A stretch of DNA of 63,999 nucleotides, filler included, from Sanchytrium tribonematis (Eukaryota), in NCBI GenBank assembly GCA_018985235.1. It is 6 parts of 6 records of this genome, joined end to end, with 100 filler letters (N's around TTAATTAATTAA, not from the genome) between each part and the next. Parts side by side here need not be neighbours in the genome. Positions count along the whole stretch, not along the records: positions 20,330 to 51,513 come from JADGIG010000049.1; 5 more parts are not named here. One strand, written 5' to 3'. Shown one piece after another: positions 33,821 through 46,700 of the stretch. A program made the translations under genes and the position numbers. The notes beneath the pieces are model-generated. The model searched no databases, was not told where the DNA came from, and was given only the letters and a program-made list of their open reading frames with translations. Position 1 is the stretch's first letter; every line of letters begins with the position of its first letter.

Positions 33821-35917
33821 ATGTACCGCAACAACAAACGACAAAGAGAAGATGATGGTTTCATCAAAATGAAGAAGCTGGCTTTCATATTGCATGCCAT
33901 GACTAAAAGAGACGAAAATTCTTTGAACGATCAAATTCAGGGTGTGCAAAAAGCAGCCTCAGAGATAAAAGTGTATCCCAAGCAAGCGAATCAGTGTGTC
34001 AAAATGATTTTTGTCGGTGGAATTACAATGCCTCATCGAGCACCACAAATTGCAAATCTTTTATGCTTATTGGATCGAGAACCTGGTTTTGGAATCGAAA
34101 TAAGTGAATTAATAGAAAAAACATGGGTTGAAGTTCTTCTTAATGGAGATGCTCACGAAATTATCAACATGATCTGGTTATATATGCATATGAGTGCAGT
34201 AGGTCTAATCAACAAAGAAGACTTTGAAAACATGTTGACAGAAATAGTGGGAAGATTAAACGGCGACAATATTTTACAAAATGATTTTTATGCAAGCGTT
34301 CTTGAATTTGTTTTACCCGTTTATAAAAAATATAACTCTGGGTTTAGCATAAACTTATCAGATACATTGAAGGAATTCTATAGTTCCAGAAAACGAAAAG
34401 AAAATGAACTTTTCAAGGTTTTGGAAGATTTAAAACCATATAAGGGGTCTGATGAGACTACATCGGTGGGAATAACAAAAATCGATGTTCGCAGGGAGGC
34501 TTTTCAAGCTAGTCTTAAGAATGAAATCTTCAACAAACTCACTTTGGTTGAAGATTTTAAACTCTCTCGTGAAGTATCCGAAAGGCGTGTTTCCTTAGCT
34601 TTGAATCATTTGTCAGGATTAAAAATACGGGATAGCGAAAGCTTTACATACACAGGCTTTGTCACGAGAATATTTGATCAAACTTGCTTAAAAATGGATT
34701 ATTTTAAAAATGCTCCTCCTCGAAAATTTGTTTTGCCAGATATATCTGATCCAATTTACTGGTATTTTAAACGATTTTTGACTGATTGCTCTCAAATTAT
34801 GCACGGTAGTCTTTGGGAAGGAAGTGTACAAACATTGTCTATTCAATGTGCTTTTAAAGATTCCACATTTGCATTAGTAGATAATATATCTGAAATTCTT
34901 ACTTCTGTTAAGAAAAACGAAATATCTCATGAAAGCCCGTTCGTAGCCTGCCACCTTATCACTGAAATTTTTGCTGCTAAATTAATAGATCCTGTTTCAT
35001 CTGTTCATTGGACTTTTATCTCAAACATGTATATCAGGTATTGTACCGAAATGTCAGCATTTTTTCCTCAAGCCATTGGTCGATTCATTCATGCTACATT
35101 TAATCGGATTGCATTTATTGATATTGCAACTGTTTTTAAATTTTCAAATTTTTTCTCACTATTTTTATCAAATTATGAAATGAATTGGGCATTTCAATCT
35201 TGGGTGCCAACCTTAGTTGATAAGCAAAATTTAAAACACATTATTTTTGTCAAGGCCACTTTTGAAAAATGTTCAGAATTACTTACATATGATAAAGTGA
35301 ATGCTAAAATTCCTGAGGAAATTTCAAATTTGGTTGGTCCAGGGCTAAAAATCAACAATTTGTATATTAGCAATGAAAATGAAGACATCAAATCTTATGC
35401 AAGTGGAATTGCATCACAATTACAAAAGAAAGAGATCAAGAAAGAGTCCAATCCGTTCGCCACAATTGAAGGAGAAGAAAAGGTTGATAATGATTTAAAA
35501 TTGAAAATTGAATTTATATCACTATTGGAAAATAGCAATGCTAGCACTACTCACACCTTTGCGATTATTGAAAAATACGATGACTTTTTTAAAACAATCG
35601 ATGCTCAAGATTTGATACTTTGGACTTGGGAAGCTTGGAGAAATAGTACTACTCGTTTTTATCGTCTTCTTCAAAAATATGTTGAACTTAGATTAGTCCA
35701 GCCAGATGATATCATAAAATGGTTTGTTTTAGAAGTTGGTAATGGTCTAGATGAAAATAATTGGCTTCCTGTGCTGCTTGTTTTCAAATTTTTGGAGGAT
35801 CAAGTGACCGGGTTAAATGAAAATTCATTTAGCTATGAGTTGGTAACTCAAGCTTCAAAAATACAGAAAATTACGCCCATACTGAAAAGCTTTGTTCTCG
35901 CAGTAGATTTTTATTAA
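33821..35917 (+). CDS. Nuclear cap-binding protein CBP80/NCBP1-like (MIF4G repeats)
   Basis: N-terminal KRQR NLS, FSLFLSNYEMNW..W, WEAWRN, IIKWF features of CBP80. Confidence 0.65.
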   Translation: MYRNNKRQREDDGFIKMKKLAFILHAMTKRDENSLNDQIQGVQKAASEIKVYPKQANQCVKMIFVGGITMPHRAPQIANLLCLLDREPGFGIEISELIEKTWVEVLLNGDAHEIINMIWLYMHMSAVGLINKEDFENMLTEIVGRLNGDNILQNDFYASVLEFVLPVYKKYNSGFSINLSDTLKEFYSSRKRKENELFKVLEDLKPYKGSDETTSVGITKIDVRREAFQASLKNEIFNKLTLVEDFKLSREVSERRVSLALNHLSGLKIRDSESFTYTGFVTRIFDQTCLKMDYFKNAPPRKFVLPDISDPIYWYFKRFLTDCSQIMHGSLWEGSVQTLSIQCAFKDSTFALVDNISEILTSVKKNEISHESPFVACHLITEIFAAKLIDPVSSVHWTFISNMYIRYCTEMSAFFPQAIGRFIHATFNRIAFIDIATVFKFSNFFSLFLSNYEMNWAFQSWVPTLVDKQNLKHIIFVKATFEKCSELLTYDKVNAKIPEEISNLVGPGLKINNLYISNENEDIKSYASGIASQLQKKEIKKESNPFATIEGEEKVDNDLKLKIEFISLLENSNASTTHTFAIIEKYDDFFKTIDAQDLILWTWEAWRNSTTRFYRLLQKYVELRLVQPDDIIKWFVLEVGNGLDENNWLPVLLVFKFLEDQVTGLNENSFSYELVTQASKIQKITPILKSFVLAVDFY

Positions 35918-36219
35918 TTCAGAATCCATTTTTGCCTTACAATGTATCGGAATTTGACGCCGCGGGGCTTGATAAATTAAAACTTACTTGTTCTGGAATA
36001 TTACAAGTATTTGCAAGAGTTTCAGTACTCAGCTAATAAATGAAGCCAAACCATTTTTCCAAATTCAACTCAATCACTTTGTAATATTTGATTGGGCGTC
36101 AGATTTGATCTGTATTTCCAATGATTGATGGAAATTCAATGAAAATTTGAATACGTGGTTTGGAACCAATCAAGGATAGCCCGAAGGAAATAAAAGGAAG
36201 GCAATCAATTGAGTTCATT

Positions 36220-36852
36220 ATGAACAACAATTGTAAATGGTCTCAATGTCAAGAGAGTTATGCCTCAGCAAAAGAGCTGTTTGACCATATGTGTGAGGTA
36301 CATATCAACGTTATGGGTACTCAAAAATTTACAAGGGAGTGCAAGTGGGACGGGTGTGACGCTAAAGTAGAGAGACGTCATCATTTGGTTAGCCACATTC
36401 GAATTCATGTCAACTTCAAGCCTTTCGTTTGTCAATATTGCGGCAAGTCTTACAAGTGGGCACACGATTCTAAAAGACATGTTCGAAAATGCACAAGCAA
36501 CCCGGACCAAAAGGCGCCACTTTCTGCACCAGCTCAGATGACAATGATGAATCCTTTTAGTCCTCATTCTCAATTGATGTCACCTGTGGATTACATGCGT
36601 AGCCCGTTAGAAAACAATCAACAATGGAATAGATTACCTTTCCCAGCCTTGAACTTTCAAAATATGCAATCTCCAAATCAAATGATGATGTCACCTACCA
36701 CCCCTCCGACTTTGCATCCACAGTTGATGCAAAATTACAAAGACGACATGTCCATGTCTTCGTCTCAAGATTTTGAATTACCTCGAAAAAACGTACCATT
36801 GAGTGTTCAGATCCCAATGCACCAAAAGTTTGAAAACGTGCACTTCTTTTAA
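36220..36852 (+). CDS. PacC/Rim101-like three-finger zinc-finger transcription factor
   Basis: CKW..C...H...H, CKW..C...RHHLVSHIRIH, KPFVC..CGKSYK...KRHVRKC; M/Q/P-rich tail. Confidence 0.75.
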   Translation: MNNNCKWSQCQESYASAKELFDHMCEVHINVMGTQKFTRECKWDGCDAKVERRHHLVSHIRIHVNFKPFVCQYCGKSYKWAHDSKRHVRKCTSNPDQKAPLSAPAQMTMMNPFSPHSQLMSPVDYMRSPLENNQQWNRLPFPALNFQNMQSPNQMMMSPTTPPTLHPQLMQNYKDDMSMSSSQDFELPRKNVPLSVQIPMHQKFENVHFF

Positions 36853-36865
36853 AAATAAAAAGCAT

Positions 36866-38104
36866 TTATGTAAAAAACAGTAGATTTTTGCGAACATGAT
36901 CTTTTTTAGAAGAAAAATTGACTATTCCCATATTTTCAAAATCTCTGATTAGCATTTCAAAAAGTATTCTGGTCTCAGAATTCTGAGGAACATCAATTTT
37001 GAAGCAAAATGCTAGCATCGCGTCATACAGATTGACGTCAATCGGCATTTCCTTCAGTATAGCAAAAAGTTCTGATAAATGGGTCTTGAAATTTGAGTCA
37101 AATTGTTCGTAAAATTTTGGTACTTTACCTACTGTGAGTCTCATCTCCTCGATAACATCCACCATGAAAGTGTTATATAAAAGATCACTCTCCTCTATTA
37201 TAAAGAACTCGTGAAATGGGACGCTATATAAATCTTCTAATGTCTCAATTAACTCAACTATCAATTTTTTTGAAGATTTTAAGGCAGAAGTGCGGCTGAA
37301 TTTTTTCAGACCCTCTATACTAGTACATATTTCAAAGAATCTGTACTCATAGGTCACTCCGAGCTTCAGCTTTAATATTTGAAGATGAATATTTTTGCAT
37401 AAGTGAATTATAGTATCAAATTTTTTGTTTTGTTCGCGCATAGTGCCTTCAAAAAAGGAGGAGACATTCGCTTGCTTTTTAAAACCATGATTTTTGTGAT
37501 TTTTTGAGTAGTATTCAATAAAGGATGGTATCGCCAACAAAAGTGTCAATGATACTTTTTCGCCTTTGTAAACAAAAGAATATTTGTGACTATTTTCTAT
37601 AAACAATTTTAGATATCGATTCATATCAATCAAATTACGTAAACTGCTGGTTTCCTTTATTGATTCTGAAAAGCAGTTCATAGATGTCGATGATGGTAAA
37701 AATCTACAATTCTTATTATTAAAATATTCTGAAGTAAGGTAATAAACAAAGGCCTCGATTTTAAATGAGGAGTCCACATGAACAACACTGAACCATTCGA
37801 GATATTGAGTCAAACATACATTTTGAAACTGCTTTAAATCCGCTTTGCTGATAACAAGTACACGGTAATCTCTGAGACTTAACAAAGCATTTTCTATCTC
37901 TTCTATAGTATAATCTTTTATAAGAATAATGGAATTTTGATCTCGTTTTGGTTTTAAATCACCATAATAACGAACTTTGTAATTAAAATGCTTTTCCAAA
38001 ATTGAGTCTGACACAAAAGCGCTGTCTACCGTCCACCAGATCATATTGTTATTGTCATATTGAAGTGCCGACAAGTCCAATAAATTGTCGACGTAATATC
38101 TCAT
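36866..38104 (-). CDS. Reduced ORC3-like origin recognition subunit
   Basis: C-terminal VNLYD..LAF...FE...RDFENMGIV..SSKKDHV matches the ORC3 winged-helix pattern. Confidence 0.55.
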   Translation of the reverse strand: MRYYVDNLLDLSALQYDNNNMIWWTVDSAFVSDSILEKHFNYKVRYYGDLKPKRDQNSIILIKDYTIEEIENALLSLRDYRVLVISKADLKQFQNVCLTQYLEWFSVVHVDSSFKIEAFVYYLTSEYFNNKNCRFLPSSTSMNCFSESIKETSSLRNLIDMNRYLKLFIENSHKYSFVYKGEKVSLTLLLAIPSFIEYYSKNHKNHGFKKQANVSSFFEGTMREQNKKFDTIIHLCKNIHLQILKLKLGVTYEYRFFEICTSIEGLKKFSRTSALKSSKKLIVELIETLEDLYSVPFHEFFIIEESDLLYNTFMVDVIEEMRLTVGKVPKFYEQFDSNFKTHLSELFAILKEMPIDVNLYDAMLAFCFKIDVPQNSETRILFEMLIRDFENMGIVNFSSKKDHVRKNLLFFT

Positions 38105-38139
38105 AAAGGGGACTGCCGCAAAAATTTTAACAAAACAAT

Positions 38140-39701
38140 TTACTCATCCCAATCCAGGTCGAGGTCCTGCATCTCACTCAAGCCAGTCAGTTTTTCTAAG
38201 TATTTTGGATTTTCTAATACATCTATTATAAATCCTATCCCATCACTATTGATTTTTTTCATTACAATTTCTGAACACGCGGTACATTTATCATATGCAT
38301 TTCCAAAAGATTTCATGTATGTGTTTTGACCCAAAAATAAACGAATTTGTTGAGGTGTCTCTCCTAATAGTTTCTTTGGCTCAGATTGTAGCATTGCAAT
38401 TAGAATTTCTGATATGAGTCCACTTGCTATAAAAGACAACCCTGGTCTAGTCACAGTACACTGTTGATCAAGAGTCCTGTCTTTAAGTGACTAAATGAAT
38501 AATAATTTACATTCACTGGAGCAACCACATCACTACAAAAATAGCATCCTTCTTCCTTAGAGTGCCTCAAAGCCAATAACGAGTCAAAACCTAGAGCTGC
38601 AGTTAAAACTAGTTTTTCCTCGTATCTACCAAGAACTGTAGGAAGCCACCTGGACTCTCTTGAGTCTGTTAATAGAAAAATAGTATCATTTGTTTTTATA
38701 AGTTTCCAAAGCATATCCACATTTTGTTTATCAACCGGATGATCCGGCATGGGTATTCGGAGTGATTCAGTATATATGGTACAATATGGTGCAATTTTAA
38801 GAATGTTTTCTTTTGCTGCAGCAACTTTGGGCTTACCAACATCTTCAACTGTGAACAGTGATTGACGAACAGGATTTGAATACGAGACAAGTCCCGAATC
38901 TACCAAAGTGAATGTAGTCACTCCCCAGCCTATTAGAGCCCGTATCACATTGCAACCCAACGTTCCGACTCCTAAAATAAGGCACCTAAGGCCCTTGTGT
39001 TTTTCCAGATCCAAATCAGGTACTAGCCTCCACTTCATAAGGGAGAGATTTAACATCGAAGCTTCATACACTAATGTTGTAGGGTCTAGTATGGATTTTA
39101 AATCTACAATTTGCAATTTATCAGGGTGTAAAGTTTTTTTGGGTATTCCTGGCTTAATTACTTTGTATGCGATTTGAGGCTGATGACTCGAATAGATGTT
39201 TACTATTTCGCCTTCTTTTGCGATGTTTAAAACATTTTGGACCAATATGGTAAAGTTTGCTTTCAAGGAATTTTTTACGACGTGTGAGTTTCCGTCATAA
39301 GAATGGACTTTCTTGAGATCAGAAAAATTAAATTTCTCAGGCTTAGTTTGCTCAAGTGTATTTTCAAGATTTAATATTTCGATATAGTAGATTTTATATT
39401 CGAAAACATAATTTTTAATATCTGCATAGACATGAAGCTCAAAAAAATTGTCAGCATCGAAAAGCGATTCGTCCGGAGAGCAATTCAGAAACAAATTTTT
39501 GCTGTCATGCACAATGAGTCTGCCAACTACACCATCCTTGGCTTTCATATTAAAATCTTGAATTCGTAATAACTGATTAATCATTTCAGCGTAAATAGTG
39601 ATTTCGGTAGTACGAAGTTTCCATTCATTGATTTTCTTATCGGCTAAGGTTTTGAAAAAAAGCGGATGAATCACAAAATGAAATTTCTTGAAATTGTTCA
39701 T
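38140..39701 (-). CDS. ATG7: Autophagy E1-like enzyme Atg7; join(38511..39701,38140..38490), 513 aa
   Basis: LNLSLMKWRLVPDL, GVGTLGC, SNPVRQ, DSRESRWLP; splicing restores DRTLDQQCTVTRPG. Confidence 0.93.
38491..38510 (-). other. 20-nt intron GTAAATTATTATTCATTTAG
   Basis: Excision gives GTG AAT | TCA CTT AAA GAC AGG, leading to the catalytic Cys motif. Confidence 0.92.
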
Positions 39702-39871
39702 CCCTTGTTTCTAACATTTTTGCTCACTATAATACTAATTCTTGTAACTACCAATTTAAAATCATAGGCTTGGATGTTCTGTTAAAAATGGAGTAATTTG
39801 AACATGAAGAGTTGTCCAATCAAAGATTTTAATATCTTATTTAACAAACTTTGTGTATCTCTCGTTCGAAA

Positions 39872-41983
39872 ATGACCAAAGATGATGTTATGCGTCAGGC
39901 CGAGGACTTACTGAACACAAAGTTGGATGAAAAACTTGGTCTAGTATACTATGTAACCAAGAAAGGCTTTTTAACTGATGTAGCCAGAAGATTAGAGAAT
40001 GATGACAGTGCAACATTTGTCAATAGTTGTCATTTTAGGGGGATAGATTTTATACAAAAGTCACATATAGATAACATATATGAAGAAATATCTATTGTTC
40101 TGGCTGCTTTTAGGAAATTGATTTTATATAATCCCATTGTCAAGGAAAAACGATCGAGTGGTATATTGGAAGCGATAATTAATGATGAAAAACTGTATTT
40201 AAAAGAGCTGCGAAGAAATTTATCTCAACTCGATGCTGAGTTTCCTTCTCATCCAATAAGGCTTTGTAAAAAACATATGATAAGAACCCATTATGAATTT
40301 TACAAGTCACTTAAGGAGTCAGAAAGCGTTCAAGAGATACCTCAACTATTTCACGACTTGTGCAATTCAAAAACCAAGAATATATATGTCAACTACAAAG
40401 CTCATTTGCTGGAGAGTAGAAACTTGTTAATTGATGCTATTACTTATTTTGAGTTGCCGCTGAATCGTTTCAACAAATATTCGGAACTTTTGCTCCAATA
40501 TTTTGAAGACTTAAAAAAACAAGAGTTTCTCTCGATATCCAAGGAGCTGGCCGATTTTAATCTAAAAATCGCTTTAATGAAAAAATTCAAAAAGAAACAG
40601 GAACGCAAAGAAATCGATGAGAATCTATTTGAGCCGGAGCAGACGTTTGCAAAATCGCCATCAAAGGACATTTCCACTGATGATGAAAGCTTCTCCAGTG
40701 ACGATTTGGCCATTGAATCATACCATAACTCAAAGTCTACTTCTAGTAAGGAAGATGTTAAATCTCCCGAAAAGTGGGTAGTATCAACTGTGGCGTACTT
40801 GGAGAATCTGCATGGTGATTTTATTTGTCAAGGATCTGTTTGGGAAATATTAAATAGCAATTTAGTGAAGGAACGCACCATATATTTGTACGAAAAGTCT
40901 TTAGTCATTGCTAAGGATCTCGATAACGGAACTGAAGCATTTGAGGTTCGATCCATCTTGAACTTGCAATCCTTTAGATTAGTCGTTGATAGAGATAGCC
41001 GAAGACGACCACTAAAACTGAAATCGAAAGTGGCAGAAACAATCGATCTATTCAACAGCAATCCCGAAGAAGGTATCGCGCGTGTTTTGGCTGAAGTGAA
41101 CGATTCTGAGAATGAAATTCGACTAATCGTGGCATTTCTACATAAGACTCCCGGTTTGGACCGCAAAATGATTGCGCAGTATTTGGTTACTCGTCAAGAA
41201 ATTTTAAACGCATATATGAAATGGTTTGACACATCACTGCACAATTTAAGAATAGATTTAGCCTTTAGACTTTGCTTGGATCAAATATATCTACCGACAG
41301 ATCAAAAATCAATGGAGATGATCATGCGTTCTTTTTCAGATAGTGTGTCATATCACAATCCAAATGTTTATGAGTCTAGTGAAAATATAATATCTATGTT
41401 AAAAGCCTTTTTAAGCTTTGATGACGATTTATCTTGGTCATTCGAAGAATTTTTCGAGAAATTATCAATTTCTTCCAGCGGTTTGACCTCTGATATCGCG
41501 CACGAAATTTTTGAAGATTTACAAGAGAATGCCCTTTTTTCAGATGCTCCAGAACAGAGGCAGAAAAAAGTTGATATTTCTAAAATTCCAGAGTATCTCA
41601 TGATGGATGATATAGTCACTCTTCAAATTGAGATCCCCCACTCGGACCCAAATCTAAAAATTATAGTTTGCGGGCAGGACATGATTATTAATCCTTCAGT
41701 ATTATATTTTACAGAGTCTAATATCTGCAAGTTTACCGTACTTCCAAGCCGATCTGGTAGGAAGAAAATGTTTTTTGTATTTTATGGGGATTCGTCGTCC
41801 TTTTATGAACCGATTGGACCTCAAACAATATCAGTGGAGCGAGACTTTATGAAATATACTTTTCTATTAAAAGGAATTGACGACTACAAAAAATCACAAT
41901 TTTTATTCGCTGTGGCCACAAAGTCTCAAAAAGCACACTGGCTTAATAATTTAATCGGAGTTGGGATGAGAGTTAAAGGATAA
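39872..41983 (+). CDS. DH(RhoGEF)-like + split PH + Sec7-like domain protein
   Basis: LPLNRFNKYSELL (DH), ERTIYLYEKSLVIAK (PH), FNSNPEEGI...TPGLDRKMIAQYL...IDLAFR (Sec7), terminal FAVATKSQKAHWL (PH helix). Confidence 0.7.
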   Translation: MTKDDVMRQAEDLLNTKLDEKLGLVYYVTKKGFLTDVARRLENDDSATFVNSCHFRGIDFIQKSHIDNIYEEISIVLAAFRKLILYNPIVKEKRSSGILEAIINDEKLYLKELRRNLSQLDAEFPSHPIRLCKKHMIRTHYEFYKSLKESESVQEIPQLFHDLCNSKTKNIYVNYKAHLLESRNLLIDAITYFELPLNRFNKYSELLLQYFEDLKKQEFLSISKELADFNLKIALMKKFKKKQERKEIDENLFEPEQTFAKSPSKDISTDDESFSSDDLAIESYHNSKSTSSKEDVKSPEKWVVSTVAYLENLHGDFICQGSVWEILNSNLVKERTIYLYEKSLVIAKDLDNGTEAFEVRSILNLQSFRLVVDRDSRRRPLKLKSKVAETIDLFNSNPEEGIARVLAEVNDSENEIRLIVAFLHKTPGLDRKMIAQYLVTRQEILNAYMKWFDTSLHNLRIDLAFRLCLDQIYLPTDQKSMEMIMRSFSDSVSYHNPNVYESSENIISMLKAFLSFDDDLSWSFEEFFEKLSISSSGLTSDIAHEIFEDLQENALFSDAPEQRQKKVDISKIPEYLMMDDIVTLQIEIPHSDPNLKIIVCGQDMIINPSVLYFTESNICKFTVLPSRSGRKKMFFVFYGDSSSFYEPIGPQTISVERDFMKYTFLLKGIDDYKKSQFLFAVATKSQKAHWLNNLIGVGMRVKG

Positions 41984-42038
41984 TTCAAAATAAAATTATT
42001 CTGAAAGTTTTGTTTAACTAAATCTTTTGCATTCTCGA

Positions 42039-42995
42039 ATGCATTTAGAGGGTTACCAATTTTTGAAAGAGCTAGGGGAAGGTTCTTTCGGTTTAGTGTA
42101 TAAATGCATTGATAAAAACTCGCAAAAACCAGTCGCGATTAAAGCAGTAAAAAATTCGCTGAATTTTGAGAGCACCAAGATCTTTAAAAGAGAAATAGAA
42201 ATTCTAGATCAGCTTTGTCATCCCAATATTATAAAATTGATTGAATCTAAAAGTGTAGGATACAAATTTTTCCTAGTTTTTGAATTTGCAGAAGAAAATA
42301 TTTTGCAAGAATTAAGTCGATATAAAAATGGAATGGATGAAATCAAGGTGGGCGAAATCGGAATCCAACTTCTCAGGGCAATAGAGTATATTCATGATTT
42401 GGGAATTATGCATCGTGATATAAAGCCGGAAAATATTCTATATCATAAAAAGAAAGTTAAACTATGCGATTTTGGATTTGCCAGAAGATTGATGGAGGGG
42501 ATAAAATACACTGAATACGTATCAACACGCTGGTACAGAGCTCCAGAACTTCTCTTGAGAATGCCTTATGACGAGAAAGTAGACATTTTCTCTTTTGGAT
42601 GCCTTCTATACGAAATGCGAACAGGGCAAGCGCTACTCACCGGAGACAGCGATATAGATCAATTGTATTTGGTGATAGAAAAAATTGGGGGTCTTTGTAA
42701 AGAACAGATTTCTTGGGTCAAAAAGTGTACAATTATTTCAATAGCAGAATCTGATCAGAAAAGAAGAGAGAGATCCGATTACAGTCAAAATGCAAAGTTT
42801 TCATTGATGTTTAAGAGAGTTTTGAAAGATTGTTTGAATACAAACCCAAAATCAAGAAGATCAGCAAAAACTATTAAACATGAAAATTTCTTCAAATCGT
42901 TCATGAACAACGCTGATAGTGACTCCAAACATACAAACAAATTGACTTTAAATATTTCGCCATATTTGAAAACGTCAAGGGCTATAATAAATTGA
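42039..42995 (+). CDS. CDKL/MAK-type CMGC kinase (TEY activation loop)
   Basis: GEGSFG, HRDIKPEN, LCDFGFAR, YTEYVSTRWYRAPELL. Confidence 0.85.
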   Translation: MHLEGYQFLKELGEGSFGLVYKCIDKNSQKPVAIKAVKNSLNFESTKIFKREIEILDQLCHPNIIKLIESKSVGYKFFLVFEFAEENILQELSRYKNGMDEIKVGEIGIQLLRAIEYIHDLGIMHRDIKPENILYHKKKVKLCDFGFARRLMEGIKYTEYVSTRWYRAPELLLRMPYDEKVDIFSFGCLLYEMRTGQALLTGDSDIDQLYLVIEKIGGLCKEQISWVKKCTIISIAESDQKRRERSDYSQNAKFSLMFKRVLKDCLNTNPKSRRSAKTIKHENFFKSFMNNADSDSKHTNKLTLNISPYLKTSRAIIN

Positions 42996-43065
42996 ATTGA
43001 TATTATGTGATTGGCAGTTTTCGAATTTCACAAAATTAATATAATCTAAACCTTGCCTTTCTCCT

Positions 43066-44721
43066 ATGTTCAAAGAAAATGACCTCGTCCAGTTCAACGG
43101 CAAACAAGGATACGTCCGCTACCACGGCAAGGTTCATTTTCGCGGAGGCATTTGGGTAGGGATTGAGCTTAAGGAGCCAATTGGAAAAAATGATGGTGAA
43201 GTAATTTTCAAGGGAACGAAACGTAGATATTTTAAATGCCGTCCCAATTATGGATTGTTTGCCAAAAGTCAAAATGTTGTACGTGTGCAGCAATTGCCAA
43301 GAGATTCCTCTAAACGGTCTTCTTACTCGGCGGCATCCTCCCGAAATCAGAACACTCAGTCCATAGCAAGTGCAAGGGGTTTAAATTCAAGAATCTTAAA
43401 ATCAACACTAGAAGACTATCAATCACAGATCATGGAAAAGGATCACTTAATCGAGGAGAAAGATTTTTTGATAACTGATTTGCAGCAAAAATTGATAAGA
43501 AAGGAACAGGACGTACGGATAATGGAGGATAAGCTTGATAATCTTAGTTTAGACATGAGCAAATTCGAAGAATCCTTCAATCCGAGCTTGGTCAAGGAGC
43601 TTAAATTAGAAAATGCAAAACTCCAGAAGAGTTTAACTGAAGCTGATGGCGAAATTAAATTAATACAAGAACATTATTCTAAAATTATTGAAAGTCAAAA
43701 ATCAGCGTTGAATACACTGAAGAACGAAGATCAAACCGAATCATCCCACTCAGAACAAATGAAGAAACTCAGGTTTCTTGTGGAAGAAAAAGATTCTAAG
43801 ATCCACAACCTGGAACTTTTATTAAGCAAAAGAAACACTAGTAGTGATGTAGAATCAAGGCATTGGGAACTTGAAAAGAGTTTACATGAATACCAAATGA
43901 AGTTGACTGAATTAGAGGTTTCAATGTCCGCATCTTTGTCCGAAAAAGAAAGTCTTGAAAACAAGGTTCATTTCCTAGAAGAAGAGCTAAAGCTCAATAG
44001 AGAAAACCTGCTTGAAATACAGAAAGAAAAGTCAAATCTGATATCGAAATTAAGTGCAATATCTGCTGAGAATATTGAATTAAAGAAGCAATCTAAGATT
44101 GATTCTGATTTCGATCGCAACGAGTCTTCTTTAGAAGAAATTTCGAAAATACAACAAGAGAAGAGATCTCTGGAGGATCTTTTTGATATCAAGGAAAATA
44201 ATTTTGTCACGGAGATCAACATGCTGAAAAGGTCTAATACAATGCTAAAGCAAAAAGTTTCGAGCCTCAACAAAGAGCTGCAATTAAAATCTGATGATTT
44301 GGTGCAAGTTTCTAAGAACATGCTAAATTTAGAAAGTGGTTTTGTCCAAAAAATTGCACAAATAGAAGCAGAATTGGAAGAAATGGTACACCTTAAACAA
44401 GTTGTAGAAAATGATTATAATTCTTCGAAAAACACAGTGGTGAGGCTTGAAAATGAATTGAACATTTTAAAAGAAGAGAATGAACGTTTGGTTAAACACA
44501 ACACACTTTTGAAAAAATCTAGAAAACAAACAATGTCAAGTTATATAGATAATGTCGAAAAATTAATGTCCGATATGAATAAAATTCAGGAGACAGTGGA
44601 TAAAAGAAACTCTGCGACAAGCAATAGATCCAGTCTTTTGGAAACTGAGAACAAGAGAATTTCAAAAGAATCTGCAGTCTCTAGTTCGGCCTATGATGAA
44701 GAATTTAGATTAGAAGAATAA
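43066..44721 (+). CDS. CAP-Gly + coiled-coil protein (CLIP-170/p150glued-like)
   Basis: WVGIEL..PIGKNDG...YFKC..NYGLF followed by a long coiled coil. Confidence 0.85.
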   Translation: MFKENDLVQFNGKQGYVRYHGKVHFRGGIWVGIELKEPIGKNDGEVIFKGTKRRYFKCRPNYGLFAKSQNVVRVQQLPRDSSKRSSYSAASSRNQNTQSIASARGLNSRILKSTLEDYQSQIMEKDHLIEEKDFLITDLQQKLIRKEQDVRIMEDKLDNLSLDMSKFEESFNPSLVKELKLENAKLQKSLTEADGEIKLIQEHYSKIIESQKSALNTLKNEDQTESSHSEQMKKLRFLVEEKDSKIHNLELLLSKRNTSSDVESRHWELEKSLHEYQMKLTELEVSMSASLSEKESLENKVHFLEEELKLNRENLLEIQKEKSNLISKLSAISAENIELKKQSKIDSDFDRNESSLEEISKIQQEKRSLEDLFDIKENNFVTEINMLKRSNTMLKQKVSSLNKELQLKSDDLVQVSKNMLNLESGFVQKIAQIEAELEEMVHLKQVVENDYNSSKNTVVRLENELNILKEENERLVKHNTLLKKSRKQTMSSYIDNVEKLMSDMNKIQETVDKRNSATSNRSSLLETENKRISKESAVSSSAYDEEFRLEE

Positions 44722-44800
44722 ATTTATGTCTTTATATATAAGTTTGATTCAATAAATCTCAAGTTTTGAATTTTTTGATTTTTGAGGCTTGGTCAAATAA

Positions 44801-46640
<1,840 letters not shown>

Positions 46641-46700
46641 ATAAATGTTGTACATTAAATAAAACTTCGCAACCTCAAGCAGGGTCGATACAAAGGAGGA

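Noticed and set aside
35980..36060. AAACTTACTTG resembling the U1 snRNA 5' end, with a small hairpin
   Set aside because: Mismatch to ACTTACCTG and no U1-70K loop, U1A loop or Sm site recognisable
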